Positions 13,010-25,879 of a stretch of DNA of 64,000 bases are shown here, piece after piece; position 1 is the stretch's first letter, and each line of letters begins with the position of its first letter. The translations under genes were made by a program, and so were the position numbers. The stretch spans positions 198,299 through 262,298 of the forward strand of contig RDEW01000002.1 of assembly GCA_011109175.1 (NCBI GenBank), given 5' to 3'. This stretch comes from Dicyema japonicum (Eukaryota > Animalia > Dicyemida). The notes under the pieces are model-generated. The model had not been told where the DNA came from, searched no databases, and saw only the letters and a program-made list of their open reading frames with translations.

Positions 13010-14700
13010 ATGGTTCATAATAATGACTGTTTTACCACAAAGGTTGGGTGTGTTCATAATTATGTAGATTGATAAAATTCTGTCTCCTTTCCGATTGGGA
13101 GAGGCGCAGTACAACCAGGTCAGAGACGCCTTGGATGCTACGATGAATCTAGGACTCTCTGTAAAAGGCAATGCAGTGTCCTCAATCAAAATGATCCCTT
13201 CATATGTGACCAGCCTCCCCAACAATGGTATTTAGTGATTATTACACAGAATTTGGAGAATTCGTAGCCTTGGACTTGGGAGGCACTAATTTTAGAGTCC
13301 TGTTGATCAAACTACCATATTCATACATTAACGGGGAAGTGGAGATGCTCTCTCATATCTTCGAGATTCCGGAGTCCGTGAGATATGGAAATTCTGATGA
13401 CGTACTGATTTTAGTTATCCAAGCTTTTTGACCATATTGCCAATTGTATGGAAAATTTTTCGATAAAATAACATTAATAGAAGCAAGGAGGTTAATGTGT
13501 CACCAATTCCACTGGGATTTACCTTTTCTTTTCCCTGCAGGCAGTCTGGACTCAATAACGCTGTCCTTATAGAATGGACGAAGGACTTCAAGGTGGAAGG
13601 AGTCGTCGGTAAAGATGTGGTTGAGCTGCTCCATAAGGCAATAGACAAAAAAGTAAATCAAATTTTTTATTAAAATATTCAAAAATAAATTCAATTGTTA
13701 TCTTTGATGTATTTTAATTATTTTTAATTAATGACGACTTATTTTAGAAAATGAATGTCAGATGCTTCGCCGTCCTTAACGATACTGTCGGGACACTGCT
13801 TTCTTGTGCTATCGATGACCGCAGGACTAACATTGGTCTTATAATCGGTACACTTGTCCATACTTACTACAGGGACTGGTACAAACGCCGGCTTATACAG
13901 AGGATGTGACAAAATAGAAACTCTGGACTCTGAAAGCAGAAGAAACAACAAAATGGTACCCGAATCATTATTTGTAGATGATCATAAATACTGAGTGGGG
14001 TGCCTTTGGCAAAAACGGTGAATTGAACACAGTATTGACGGAGGTTGACAATGCTATCGATGCCAATTCGGTAAATCAGGGTCACCAGAAGTAAACCTGG
14101 ATTTATATAGCTTATAGATTCGAGAAAATGATATCTGGCTTTTATATGGGGGAAATGGTAAGACTACTGCTCGTCAATTTGGCTGAGGAGGGCTGCTTCA
14201 GTGAAGCGATGAATGAACTCAAAGTCAAAATGAGTGAAAGGCAGAGTTTCCTAACAGAATATGTTTCAAAAATATCAAAGTGACCCAAAAGCGTTAGTCT
14301 TAGTGATTCTGACGAGAGTTTTCCTAAAGCTCGGTCTATCATGGCCCAGTTTGGACTGGAAAGTGCTACTGTTTCTGATTTGGATTTGGTTACCCGTGTC
14401 TGCAAAGTTGTTAGCGAAAGGGCTGCTAAATTGGTGGCTTGTGGGTTGGGAGTTCTGATCGACAGAGTGAAATCTGACTCTGTAGTGATTGGGATTGACG
14501 GTTCACTCTATCGACATCACGACTATTTTTCAAAAATTATGGAGTCATCCATTCAAAGTTTTGCAAATCTAAGAAAACGGTAATATTTTATCGCCACGTG
14601 TTTTTAGGTCAAAACAAAACTCTCAACTGATGGGAGTGGTAAGGGAGCGGCTGTGGCAGCTTCTGTGGCCTATAAACAGTTGACTGAAAGAAGAAATTAA
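13010..14700 (+). CDS. HK: Hexokinase (single ~50 kDa domain)
   Basis: KMIPSYV, ALDLGGTNFRV, LGFTFSFPC, WTKDF, VLNDTVGT, INTEWGAFG, FEKMISGFYMGE, IGIDGSLY, DGSGKGAA. About 8 introns, mostly 22-29 nt, plus one of 95 nt (13653-13747). Confidence 0.95.
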
Positions 14701-16034
14701 CTTTTTTTGGTGACTGCTAATATTCTAAATTTTTAATTGTCTTGAATTTTTGTGGATTTCTAATGTTTTTGGGTGTGGCGTTGGTAACTGTGCTATTTAT
14801 GCTAATATAGAATTTTAATGAAGAACATGAATACTGTTAAGAATCACGGAAGGGACAGCACACAAGTTCAATGACTGCCAGCAATATTGACGGTGCTGTC
14901 GATCTGTCCTGAGACGCTGGGAGTCTCGGTCAATTATACTCACGATAATGCAAAACCGATAATTCACATTCAGACAATTTCATAATTGCAGTTATTTTAT
15001 TGTGTTAAGTTATTTCAATCAATGCATATTTTACATTTTCTTAAAAAACCACATTTGCATTATAGCTTAGTTAAGTAACCCTGGTCTCACCATCTTCTAG
15101 GAGACCAGCGGCTATTCAGTTGGACGCAGCAAATGCCAGTCGCTCACATAGATCGGCCATTCTGGCATTGTAACTAACAATGTAATAACTCAGGACATTC
15201 AAAACGACGGTTGGCTGTCAACTCGGAAAAGTTACAAATTGAAAATTATAGCAACAAGCATGAATCATATAAACCAGTGATCCACTACCGGTGGAGTGCA
15301 TAGACCAATTGGTACTGACAGTGCAAGAAATACAGTTTAGAAATATGGTTTGCCTTGTAAACTTCATGTTAAGATTAGTTATACGCCTTAAGCATCGTAT
15401 TGTGAGTTGGTACATGCTACATCAAGTTCAAGTAAACGATCTACTCTCGGGTCAATCTACTCCCAAATTGTCTAACGCTTACGCATCCGCAGCAACAAAA
15501 GGTTGAGGATCACTGATATAAACTACAATCCTATACTTGCAGCTTCTAACAGTTAATTTTCAATGTTCTTTCATTTTTAGCTAGGCGGGATTTGTACTTT
15601 CATTTTAGCTGGCGGAATCCTTCAAGCATATTACGCATTTGACATTGGGTTTCGGTTTCTGCACATTGGGTTTCTGATGTCTCATGATTCCATCATCTTG
15701 ACCATACCTATAAAAAACAGAGCTTTCACTCATTGTGAGGTCTAGTGGACGCTTTGTTTCATATTATTTAATAAATTTCTTATGTCAATCTATCAGTTAA
15801 TTTCAGTCGAAAGTCAACACTCATAAAACACTACAATCAATGAGCCAACAATTGAAAACTCCCCAAAATATGAGCTGATCCGATGACCAATGCTAATGCC
15901 TGTCCTGGTCGGTCGGTGTCTCCTTATCAGTCTGGGATAATTTAGTTAACCGAAAATATTATTTTTTTATTTACCAGTGATCCTACGATAAATAAAAAAC
16001 CGACATTGGCATGTATATCCTATTTGCTTTAGAA

Positions 16035-16281
16035 CAGTGGTTCTCAACCTGGGGTCCGCGAAAGATTCCAGGGGTCCGCGAGATACATCTGAACTTTATT
16101 TATCAGAGTATGTTTGTCGACAACCGAGCCTCAAATTGCCTCAAAAAACAACATAAACCTTCTCATTAATTTTATTTCCTTTTTTAAATACAAATTGTGT
16201 TTTTAGAAAGTAATAATTTTTTGACAAAAAACTTGCAAAAGTATGTTGGGGGTCCGCGACCAAAAAAATTGAGAACCACTG
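16035..16281. mobile_element. hAT (Charlie/Buster-type) MITE, 247 bp
   Basis: TIRs CAGTGGTTCTCAA / TTGAGAACCACTG, perfect 8-bp TSD CTTTAGAA, subterminal GGGGTCCGCG repeats. Confidence 0.95.
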
Positions 16282-16889
16282 CTTTAGAACATGGTTTCCC
16301 AAAAATGACAATATCCCCTTGATTTTAGAAAATCGTTTTATTTATTATTTATTTACTCCCGGTCCCTTTAAGTGAAGGAACACGTTTTCATGCTGGTCAC
16401 CTACTCGTGTAGAAAACTGCATACAATGTAACTAGCAGACCCTCCTTCTTTGTCTCGCCAAGCAACTATTATTAGTATGCCTTGTAGTGGCTTCTTTAAT
16501 ATCTCAAACATGATTTCATATCGCCTGATATTGAAAATGATTTTTTTTCGTTATATGATCAAAGTCGTTTTCCAACCAGGATTTGAAGCCTTCCTTTCAG
16601 GAAATTGACGGCGCCGAAACATTTGTCAAAAAAATTAATTATGATAAAAATAATTTGGAGATGAAAACTATCTTTAAACGCCGATCGGGCAAGGTTTTTG
16701 GTTATAAAAATATATTCCTGAAGAAATCATATGTCGCAGTTATATCAAACAATCCGCGAATAAATTAATTGTTGTTCGCAAATTAAATTAAAAATATGAA
16801 ATTTCATAAAATTTTCATTGGATATTAAAATATATCTATAAATTTTAATAATTATTCAAAAAATAAATTAATTAATATATCGTGAATAA

Positions 16890-17920
16890 ATGCGTCTAGT
16901 GCGACTAACTCAAGAAAAATTGAAGAAAGTAAATGAAACGATTAATTGTAAAGAAGAAAAGGAATTAGTGCTAAAAACAATAGAGGTATACCTGAAAGTC
17001 ACAATTTATTAGTCAGAACATAATTATAATCATTTCGGTAAAGACCGGGTATTTTCAAAAATGAGGCAGGGGTATTACGGATTGGTAGGGATTTGATTTG
17101 GTCCGTTATCTCCAATTGTGCATTTTGTCAGGTATTTTTCTCTTATTTCACAGGCAAAGAAATTACTTAACACGAAACCGCCAATAACAACGATATTAGC
17201 TAGAAAACCAAGGGATCGCTATATTGCAGACTTATTAGTCTAAGGATATACTAAGAAATGAATAATGAATTTCATGGGATTGATTTCTGATATTAAAATT
17301 TAGATTTTGGTTGTTGTGGACTCTTTCTCGAAAAATGTTATGGTTGAGCTTGCAAAAAATAAACGAGCAGAAGAAATTGTGTCACTCTTCCAAATTATGT
17401 TTTTTATGTCTGATCGCCATTGATCTTACATACAGACAATGGTAAGGAATTTTGCAATTTTTAATGGAGGATTTATGCACAAATATCATAAAGACATTGT
17501 CTTTGATTACTATGATACAATTCATTCATCAACGATAAAAACACCTTTCTATATTTTTATGGGTGTGGAGGGTAATAGAAAAACGAAGTTGAATAATTAA
17601 CAGAAGAATATCGACGAGGAACTAATAATAGCGAGAAACAAAGCTTTCGAAAACCTGTTGAATGCATCCGAAAAGATGGTTGCTCGCCGAAATTGGAAAT
17701 TTGACGACTTAGTCAATGATATCGGAGATATTTTGAATTAAAGGTAGCGTTCAAATACTAATTTTTAGACAATAAAATGATCCAAATATCCCCTGGTATC
17801 CATTATACGATGGACTGAATTAAGTGAAATATTGCGTGGATGAACGAGATACGTGCTTCGAAATGAAAATGGAGATCGTATAGAAGGAATACATAAAACT
17901 AGAATCATAAATCAAACAAA
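16890..17920 (+). mobile_element. Degenerate Ginger-type (Gypsy-like integrase) transposase gene
   Basis: H2C2 motif HNHFGKDRV...CAFCQ, 22-nt intron GTATTTTTCTCTTATTTCACAG, then RDRYIADL, VVDSFSK, (H)TDNGKEF. Stops and frameshifts present. Confidence 0.7.
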
Positions 17921-19734
17921 TTAAGTTTTTTCACCGCAAGAATAGTTAGAATATAAATGATTTTGATTTTAGATAATTTTTTTTCATTTGTGCTATTTTG
18001 ACTGATATTACTTTTATCTAAGAAACGCAAGAAATTGTTAAAAAAATGACTTTTATTTAGAACCGCAAAAATAGCTAGAATATAATGATTTTGATTTTAG
18101 ATAATTTTTTTTGTTAAAATGATTATCAATTTTTTTATTCTGGCTAACCGATTTTTAATTAGATTTTAATAAAATGATCAAAAAAGTGAGTGCAGTTGGT
18201 TTTCTGAAATATAAAATCTAGAATAGTTTCATTTTTTCTGGAAATCACAAAAACAAAAGTTATACATTATATTTTAGTGTGTATTTTAAATTTTATTAAA
18301 AAAACAAAAATTTCTAAAAATTAATTTATTCTCGGATTAATTAAACGGACTGTGACATCATATTTTATTGGAAAATTGAAATTATTTTTAATTGATTTAT
18401 TTACGACTTTGGCTTACATGAAATGAAATCATTACAAAGATCAAAAGTAAAACCAAACTAACTAGTCACGTGATCCTGACGCATTCCAATAGAGCCTTAT
18501 CTAGGGACAATGATCAAAAGATATTTTCTTAAAAATTGGAAACTTTTACATTCTTAACAATGTTGAATCTCATACCAAGGCTCCTATCCAAAAAAACTCA
18601 GGCATGCCGAAGTCCAGTTCCCAGACTATTTCTTTAACATGCATGACGTGTACGAGTCCATTGCTTCATTACGTGGCAACTGAGCTAGTCACTGTGTTAT
18701 ATATTTTAAGGTTTTAGCATCGGATCATTGTTCCAACCACTCTTCTCCCTCCTGGAGGTTTGTCCTTACCTCCTCGAAAATTGAGCATCCAAACTTACTC
18801 CAACGGAAAACCCATTCTTATCTTCACCACGCAAATAACATCAATTGCTACTTTCCTTTGAGAAAAATCGACCAAAAAATGGTCGAAGTTTTACCGCGTT
18901 TCTTCTAAAAACTGGGAACATAATTGGGGAAAGAAATCACGATCAGTCATGAAGAAAGACTCCCCCAAGTTCTAAAAAATCGAGAAAAAAATATCGCAAG
19001 ACAATGAGATCGCTAACGGATCACTTGAAAAAGTCCAAGAGTTATTAGAAGGATGACTTAATTACTTAGCTTTGACACATTGTACGATGGTCTAGGGTTT
19101 TCTGGAACAGACCTATTCCGGAATTGAAAAACCTCGACACAATTTCATCGATATTAGTCCAACACACATGAACGACCTAAACTTCTTCAACCATATGAGT
19201 TCTTCTGTTTGATATTTGTCTTTCAAGTACGTAGTAGACCAACATAAGCACTAGTATTGGATATCCACCTGTATCGATTCCATAACTCCTACTAACATAA
19301 CCGAAGCACGCTAATAAAACCTAGTGTCTCTTCCAGTTGACTTCAATTGCTATTTTGGGTCTTTTTCGCATTTTGACATTTTCTTTCACTTTATTCTCCG
19401 ATAACTCGTATTTATTGCATCTCCTTATTATTTTATGGTAATTCGCCCAATAAGACATTCTTCTCGGGTGTTCCTTTCCTTTCCGTTATTATAGATGGTG
19501 ATTTGGATGTTAGATTCCACAAAAGTTTAGCTGCGACGGACTTGAAAGCGGAATATCCTCATAGGTATATTTTCTATAAGGGTTTTGGCTCTTCCTGAGG
19601 CGGATCCTAAATGAGTTTCTTAGTTCGTTTTTATGTTTTGAATTAATTCCATATATTACGGATAATAAATTTTAAAACAAAAATTTGGTCTGAAAAATTT
19701 TTGGCTAAAACGGAAAGGATATAACATAAAACAA

Positions 19735-20255
19735 AGGATTATGTTATACGACACCTTCATCAAACCAATCTTACTATACAACTCTGGGACCTGGGCCACC
19801 TCTAAAAAGGAATTGGGGAGGCTAGACTTATTTCACAGGAATCATCTAAGAAATATAACTGGAATGTCCTAGCCATCCAAGATCTCGCGAATGGACTGTA
19901 CAATTAGTGTGACTGTACACCATTAAGCCACGAGATCATTAGCTCTCGTTTGAGACTTTTTGGACACGTCCTGAGGTTGGACCCGATATCGCCTTTGAAT
20001 ATCGCAATGGAAGATTACTACTCCTCTAATGTAAAACGCTTTCGTGGAAGACCGAAAACTACCCTCCGGTCGTTCTACAAAACGATCTGAAAGCCGTGAA
20101 GAAAACATTGGCATCTGGTGACGATCTGGACTCACTGAAAGACCTAGCAAAGAACAGAAAAGCTTGGAGCAACCTAACTAATTCTCTTATATTTTTTGCT
20201 GCACATGGGCTATAAATATTATGGCTCTCGTGAAAGTGCTAATAATAACAAAAAT
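19735..20255 (+). mobile_element. RTE-clade LINE 3' end
   Basis: LYDTFIKPILLYNSGTW, RLRLFGHVLRL, RFRGRPKTT; tail GCTATAAATATTATGGCTCTCGTGAAA followed by (TAA)n. Confidence 0.8.
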
Positions 20256-20291
20256 TTGGTCCTATTTGTAAGCCTTGACATTAGTGTTCTG

Positions 20292-20608
20292 GTATAATAA
20301 TAATTAAGCCATAGTATTTATAGCTCCGCATAGGAGCGGACACATACTTTATTTAAGTAAAGAACAGTTAATTTTAACTAATCGTAGAACCAAGGAATGA
20401 CCTTCACTTCTTTTTTTCTTTTTCTTGTGTGAGTGTCCTTTCTAGACAAACCAGTTCTGCAGTGAGTATCCACTGATGACGGCGTCACTCGTCAAACCCT
20501 ATCTGCATCGTAGATGCGTGGAACTTTTCACCAGGTGAACATCTTCGAGATTTGAACCCGTAGCCTAAGCCACTTAAGCCCGACACTTAACCACTATGCC
20601 ACCAGGCT
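20292..20608 (-). mobile_element. tRNA-derived SINE family 1, near full length
   Basis: Minus-strand head has A box TGGCATAGTGG and B box GGTTCAAATC, core TGACGAGTGACGCCGTCATCAGTGG, and ends GGAGCTATAAATACTATGGC + (TTA)n. Confidence 0.8.
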
Positions 20609-20670
20609 ATTATGGTAGTCTCGACAATTATTCAATTATTTAAACAAAGATTTACGAATTGAATAATTAA

Positions 20671-20940
20671 TTTATTAACCTCAGATACACGAAAAGAAGT
20701 TAAAAGTAAACAACTAATTAAGTGTATCCGATTTCTACTGTTACAAAGACAGAGTCATTCAATTCCACCCGTAACCATCATAAAAAGTAAAAGACGTCGA
20801 TCACTTGCAGTTTTGGAAACCCCTCCAGTGGAGTGGAGTAAAGAAAATGATTTCTTTTCAGGCCAACCTGGCACTGGGCACCACCTGAGATAAGTCGATC
20901 ACAAGATACCACTCAAACTTGAACCAATTAGCTACAAGAC
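20671..20940 (-). mobile_element. Dispersed ~300 bp repeat (SINE-like family 2)
   Basis: Homologous to 48350-48636 and 52921-53225 (shared TTTATTAACC..GATA, CCAGTGGAGT, AACCAATTAGC). Confidence 0.65.
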
Positions 20941-21026
20941 ATAGTAGTTTATTAAATTAAGAAAATCATCATAAAATAAATGTTTAAAGAATGTGCGTAC
21001 AGTAGTGAAATTCAGCAAAATATAAT

Positions 21027-21109
21027 GCGTTGGTGGCCGAGTGGTTAAGGCGGCAGCCTAGAAAGCTGTTGGGATTCGTCCCGCGCAGGTTCGAATCCTG
21101 CCCAACGCG
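21027..21109 (+). tRNA. tRNA-Ser (anticodon AGA)
   Basis: GCGTTGG/CCAACGC acceptor stem, D arm TGGCCGAGTGGTTAAGGC, anticodon arm GCAGC-CTAGAAA-GCTGT, variable arm GGGATTCGTCCC, T loop GGTTCGAATCC. Confidence 0.95.
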
Positions 21110-21114
21110 TTTTT
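21110..21114 (+). terminator. RNA polymerase III T-tract terminator
   Basis: TTTTT immediately after the tRNA discriminator base. Confidence 0.75.
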
Positions 21115-21169
21115 ATATTTTATTCGCTTGTTGATTACTTTGAAAAACTATAAAAATTTTAATTAGATA

Positions 21170-21310
21170 ATTAAGACGTCTGGCGTTATTGGTCCGAGTA
21201 CGTCTGATTTTATGAGGTTAATTGGGAAACTTGCAGGACAGCAGATGGGGAGTCTGGAATGACATGATGCCTCTTCCAGAGCATTGTGTTTGTGTTCCAG
21301 AATGAAGAAC
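21170..21310 (+). mobile_element. CRE-type retrotransposon 3' remnant
   Basis: SGVIGPSTSDFMRLIGKL, similar to the ETSGILGP motif of other CRE copies. Confidence 0.5.
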
Positions 21311-21632
21311 CTTGTCATAAAAACTAATTTTGATTTTATTTTAATAATAAACAATAATTTTTAATTTATGTGAGTTTTTTGAATTTACGGTAATTGCCAA
21401 TTCTCCAAAACCAACAGATAGAGATGCCACCAACATATATATTTAAAATATTATAAGAGATCTTCTTCATTATAACAAAGGGAACATCAGAATTGAAAAG
21501 CATTTGGGAAGCAGGAGACAGTTTTCAGCATTAAAAGTCAACCATGGCTGTTTAGAAAGATAAATCTGTTGCCAAACATTCCCCAAAGCGGTTTTTTGCC
21601 ACTTAACGACCTCCTTATACGATATTTCTATA

Positions 21633-22745
21633 CAGGGCTGTGGAGTCGGAGTTGGAGTCGAGGGGTTTTTGTATTGTTGGAGTCGGAGTCAGTAATAAAA
21701 AGGTCGACTCCGACTCCATCTTGATCGCAAATTTTGTTTATTAGCATAGAGGATATACGTGGGACAAAAATAAGTTCATTTTGTGGAAATGATAAAAATG
21801 CTTCAAATCTAAAAAGGCATTTATTGAGATTCCATCCAAATATTCTAAATATTGTTGATAAAAAGGATTCAAACAAACATTCAATAGTATATTTTCCTTT
21901 GATGTGCCTTAGAAAATGCTACATCTCGAAGTCAGCCAGGATTAAAAAAGTTTTTTTTCAATCTGATAAAATTACTATATTCATGGATGCTGAAAATTTT
22001 TAAATGCATCTCATTGAACTTGCTGCTGTGAATTGTGTACCTCTCACTTTTTTTCGCAACCAGGATTTCCTGTACTACACGACACCGAGTAAATCATTTC
22101 GCAAATAATGCACGATTCTATTCTCCGAATGGCCAGTTGTTACAAAGACATTAGCATTAAAAGACACTTCAGCTCACCATGACAGAATCATCTGAATAAA
22201 TTGGTTGAAGAGGTTCTTGAAAATTATGAAATTAAGAAAGAACAGATTTTGTGCATAGTTACCGACAATGCTGCGAACATGATAATTTGAACAAAATTGA
22301 AAGTGCAAAACGAATTAAAACCGGCCACTAAAGATCGTTGAATTCAAAATTGCAGTTTTAAAACAAGAATTCGATTCCGCGGCTGATGTGATACTTCAAT
22401 ACGATCGTTCTTGTCGAATACCACTTCATGATCTTATTCAGTATTACCCTGAAGCTATCAAAAAATTTAGCTATGATATCTCTTGCTCTACCTCCTACAC
22501 AAGTCAGCGTAGAATGGCTGTTTTCTGGGCTAAATTTTATCAAATCAGACCTTCGAGCTTCAATGAAGGAAGACCTGGTCGAAGCTATATTATTTCTAAT
22601 AAATGATAGTTACATTTTTTTTCTAAATGTTTTTTTCTTTTTTCTATTATTCTTACAACGTCTGAATTTTTTTATATAACAACCGAAGTCGGAACGGATT
22701 TGAGGAGTCGAAGTCGTGGTATATTTTACCGACTCCACAGCCCTG
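21633..22745 (+). mobile_element. Internally deleted hAT element (BED finger and hATC remnants)
   Basis: Perfect 17-bp TIRs CAGGGCTGTGGAGTCGG / CCGACTCCACAGCCCTG; 8-bp TSD TTTCTATA; NASNLKRHLLRFHP, CIVTDNAANM, LALPPTQVSVEWLFSGL. Confidence 0.95.
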
Positions 22746-23179
22746 TTTCTATATTCCACATTTAAAGAAATCAAGAGAGCAGATATCGAGGTTATTTTAA
22801 AAGGAAGTTTTCAGGTTTCCTCTAACGATGCAATCGTCCAGGTACCATAAATTGAGGAGAGTAGAAATGAATGACCGATAATAAAAAAAAAGAAACTAAG
22901 AATCGAAAGTTCTTATTGCTCATCTGGGGACATCTGGGATCACAAAAAACACCCCACTTCAAATTTCAAAATTAGCACAACTGACTGCTACCTCTTGTCT
23001 TTCGAAATACAATTTAACATTAACGAGGACATATGGGCGAGCTACAGATACTCTTCAGTAACGACAAGCTGTTTTCGTGCACTTTTGACACCTCCGACGA
23101 ATCGCCCTAAACACCCACCAGCCCCGGCAGATCTACACGAAACAAAAATAAAGACGGATACTTCACTTCTGTCGTCCTA

Positions 23180-23380
23180 CAACATCATGACTTACGATCG
23201 ATTATTTTATCTTCTCTAAAAAACAGCAGTGCTGTCCTGAACAGTCTAAACCCGAATTTCTGGAGACTCCATCGGACTCCTACTATCAGTATTCAAAATC
23301 AACTCCTCCACTACACAATCGTGCTAAACGTCTGGTATCTTGACGATAACATCATTGGTGTGATTGAGAACTGTAATGGG
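23180..23380 (+). mobile_element. CRE-type RT remnant
   Basis: LNVWYLDDNIIG matches the WYLDDG motif of CRE RTs. Confidence 0.5.
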
Positions 23381-23539
23381 AGATGACAAAATAGAGATTA
23401 TAGAAATGCGACGTTCTGGGCAAAGAATGAATACGCAATAATTTTTTCCCCAATCTCACCATGATCGACTCAAAAATTGCACTTTTAATTTTACAAACTT
23501 TTACGTCATTTACCGTGTTTTATTGTCGACATGGAGATG

Positions 23540-25750
23540 ATTTGACATGAACCTCTTGAAAAACATCGACGGGGCAGTGAGAACGCTTATAGAGAAAATC
23601 CTGTTCATATCTCTCGACTACACTGGTTAGTATATAAAGATGATAAGACTGTGATATGGGACTAAATCGCTCAACAAGGAAATGATTTTAAAATGTTTTA
23701 ATTAGATTCGTTAATTTAATTTTTAGTAATTAATCGATAATGAGTGAAAATCAAAAAGAAAAAAAATAACAACCAGAAAATTTAACTAACTCGTAAAGCT
23801 GTTAAAATGGGACTCATACACAAGCAAAAAACGAACGAGATTAAAAACATTCTCAATGTCTTAGTTAATGTATTAAATTAATTAGCATGACCTTTTGAAT
23901 AAAGTGCGAGTTTTCCTAAGCTGAGAGTTACATTACTACTCCTTGGAGGCAAAGATATTTTCAATCATAAAACCGTTGTGTAATTATAATAAGGTCATGA
24001 TGTATCTGAATTAAAGTGATAATAATTAAATCATTTTCAGAGAGATTACAACCTTCAAATTTAAAACGATTGAATTAGATAATGGAATAATTTCAAAAAT
24101 AAAAATTTTCGGGAATTGAAAATTAAGGTAATAAAATTTTTTATTAAGATATTTAACAATTATAGATTAAAAAATCAAACTTTGATATAAATACAGAAAA
24201 TAAAATTTAAAAGAATTAATTAGATTCCTAAAAAAATGGATCATTTGACTGGTTTCCCAATTATTGCATATCTTAGCTATCTTCATTTACTTAATGATCT
24301 TTAACACTCAAAGTGAAGAAATTATTAAGAAAACAGTACAATTGGATGACAATGGTGTTCCTATGTGGGTCGAGTTAGACAATGGTTATGTTACGTCTAT
24401 TATCAGTGGATCAATCACTTTAAATTATTCATATAATAGCAAAGTAAAGAAAGGATTAATTTTAGATTATACATTTCTCAATTGATGAAGCAAAAATGTA
24501 TGTTACTGAAAATCGAGGACATTTTACTGCATTTTTGTCAAAAGAACAAGTCAATATAAGCTTCCAATATAAACATATTCAAGATGAAGTTCAGATATAT
24601 AAGTTTAAATGTTCAATTTTTAGCGAGAGTAAATAATGGAGTTTAATTTAGATTTGACCACAGTCCTAAGAAAGTGGATTAGCATATCTCATAAAATTGG
24701 GGATTATTGTAAATGCAATGAGTTGAAAATTTCCAAAAACAAAAACTCATTAAAAATATTGAATTTGAGACTTCAATTTTTAAAAAATGACACAATCAAA
24801 AATTTTACTGGAAATGGTTTAATTCATCTTAATGATAATTAGCTAATGATTGCAATTGTGAGAGTCGTCATTCAAAATTGTCTTCTCATATTAAACACTC
24901 AATAAATTCTCATATTGTCAAGAAGAATCATCACAGAATTAAATATATTGTAAAATCACTCTATCCTCAAATAGAAGAAATAAGAATCCCCAAAAAAATA
25001 TTGCAATCCCAACTATAATTCCAAAAGTAAATAATACAAAAACTGGATCTACTAGCAATGTTTATAAACCATTAATTTATGGTCTTGTTACTTTAGGATT
25101 TGTAACAATTTCAGTGATAATTTATGTCAAATTTAAATATGCTGCGAAAAACCTTTGATAGAAATATCATGACGATTTAATTTTTTTTGGGTTTAACAAC
25201 TAATTCTAGACAAAATTATTTTTAAAAACGATATTTAGGTTAAAATATGGAACATTTTAATTTTTCACTATAACTCCAATATTAATAGATTATTAATAGA
25301 CTTACGAATTTAATCTTTTGTGGTGTAGTGCATGTCTGTTTTAAACAAAGGATTTGAAACATATTCTACGGGCCTTCCTGCTGACCTGGAAACTGAAAAC
25401 ACGGACGAAATATGATGTTTGGCTCGAGAACTGCATAATAGGAGATTATGTGCATTTAGCACAAATCTGCAAGCTCTGAAAGCCATGGCTGATACTATAG
25501 ATCACTCTGACAAAGTAGAGTGGGCCAGCGAGGTTGTCAGACTTTCTCGTTAGATAGTCTTCACCGCAAAATCAAATCCTTTTTTAAATGATTTTGTACG
25601 CTTAGTTACTTTACTTAAATGTGATTTGGTGAAATACTTCAGAGAGTAAGTGTCTTTATTAATTCATGAAAATTGTTACGTCTCTCAGTTTTCTTGCATA
25701 ATCAGATACACATTTATTTATTAAAAAAGCCAGTTCACATTTAAATAAAA
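23540..25750. repeat. Segmental duplication unit carrying a LAMP-like gene (paralogous to 44930-46600 and ~50700-52360)
   Basis: Upstream block (AACCTCTTGAA.AACATCGAC...) is shared with 44930-45330, and the downstream block (CCGCA.AATCAAATC...) with 52180-52360. Confidence 0.9.
24236..25158 (+). CDS. LAMP-like type I membrane glycoprotein, copy 1 (tail lacks YxxPhi)
   Basis: Four introns of 22-26 nt give MDHLTAIFIYLMIFNTQS (signal), KIGDYCKCNELKI..LKILNLRLQFL..FTGNANDC, a His/Lys-rich linker and a TM segment (LIYGLVTLGFVTISVIIYV), ending KYAAKNL*. N-glycan sequons NYS, NIS, NLT, NDT, NFT. Confidence 0.7.
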
Positions 25751-25879
25751 TAATTCATACACGCGTCATGTGGTTCTGCATTTCTGATGGCGCTAGTTGT
25801 GGACTCTACTTTACAATCAAAAAGGACCCACTACTCGTTTCAATTCAAGAAGATTATCCTTCCTGTTCCCCTATTTGTA

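Noticed and set aside
893-14700. Frameshifts in housekeeping genes as programmed frameshifting or RNA editing
   Set aside because: The cases I checked in TBCEL and PGAM (GGT-TGG to GGTGG, CTT-TGT to CTTGT, CAA-ATT to CAATT, GGA-AAG to GGAAG) are one-base losses in short homopolymers, typical of unpolished long reads. Short-read polishing would decide.
15880-15990. Motif shared with 33890-33960 (GTCTGGGAT..TTAGTTA...CCAGTGATCC) as an ncRNA
   Set aside because: The other copy lies in the Ginger subterminal region, so a transposon-end relic is more likely.
20530-20608. tRNA gene on the minus strand
   Set aside because: Has A/B boxes but no proper cloverleaf, and continues into a SINE body.
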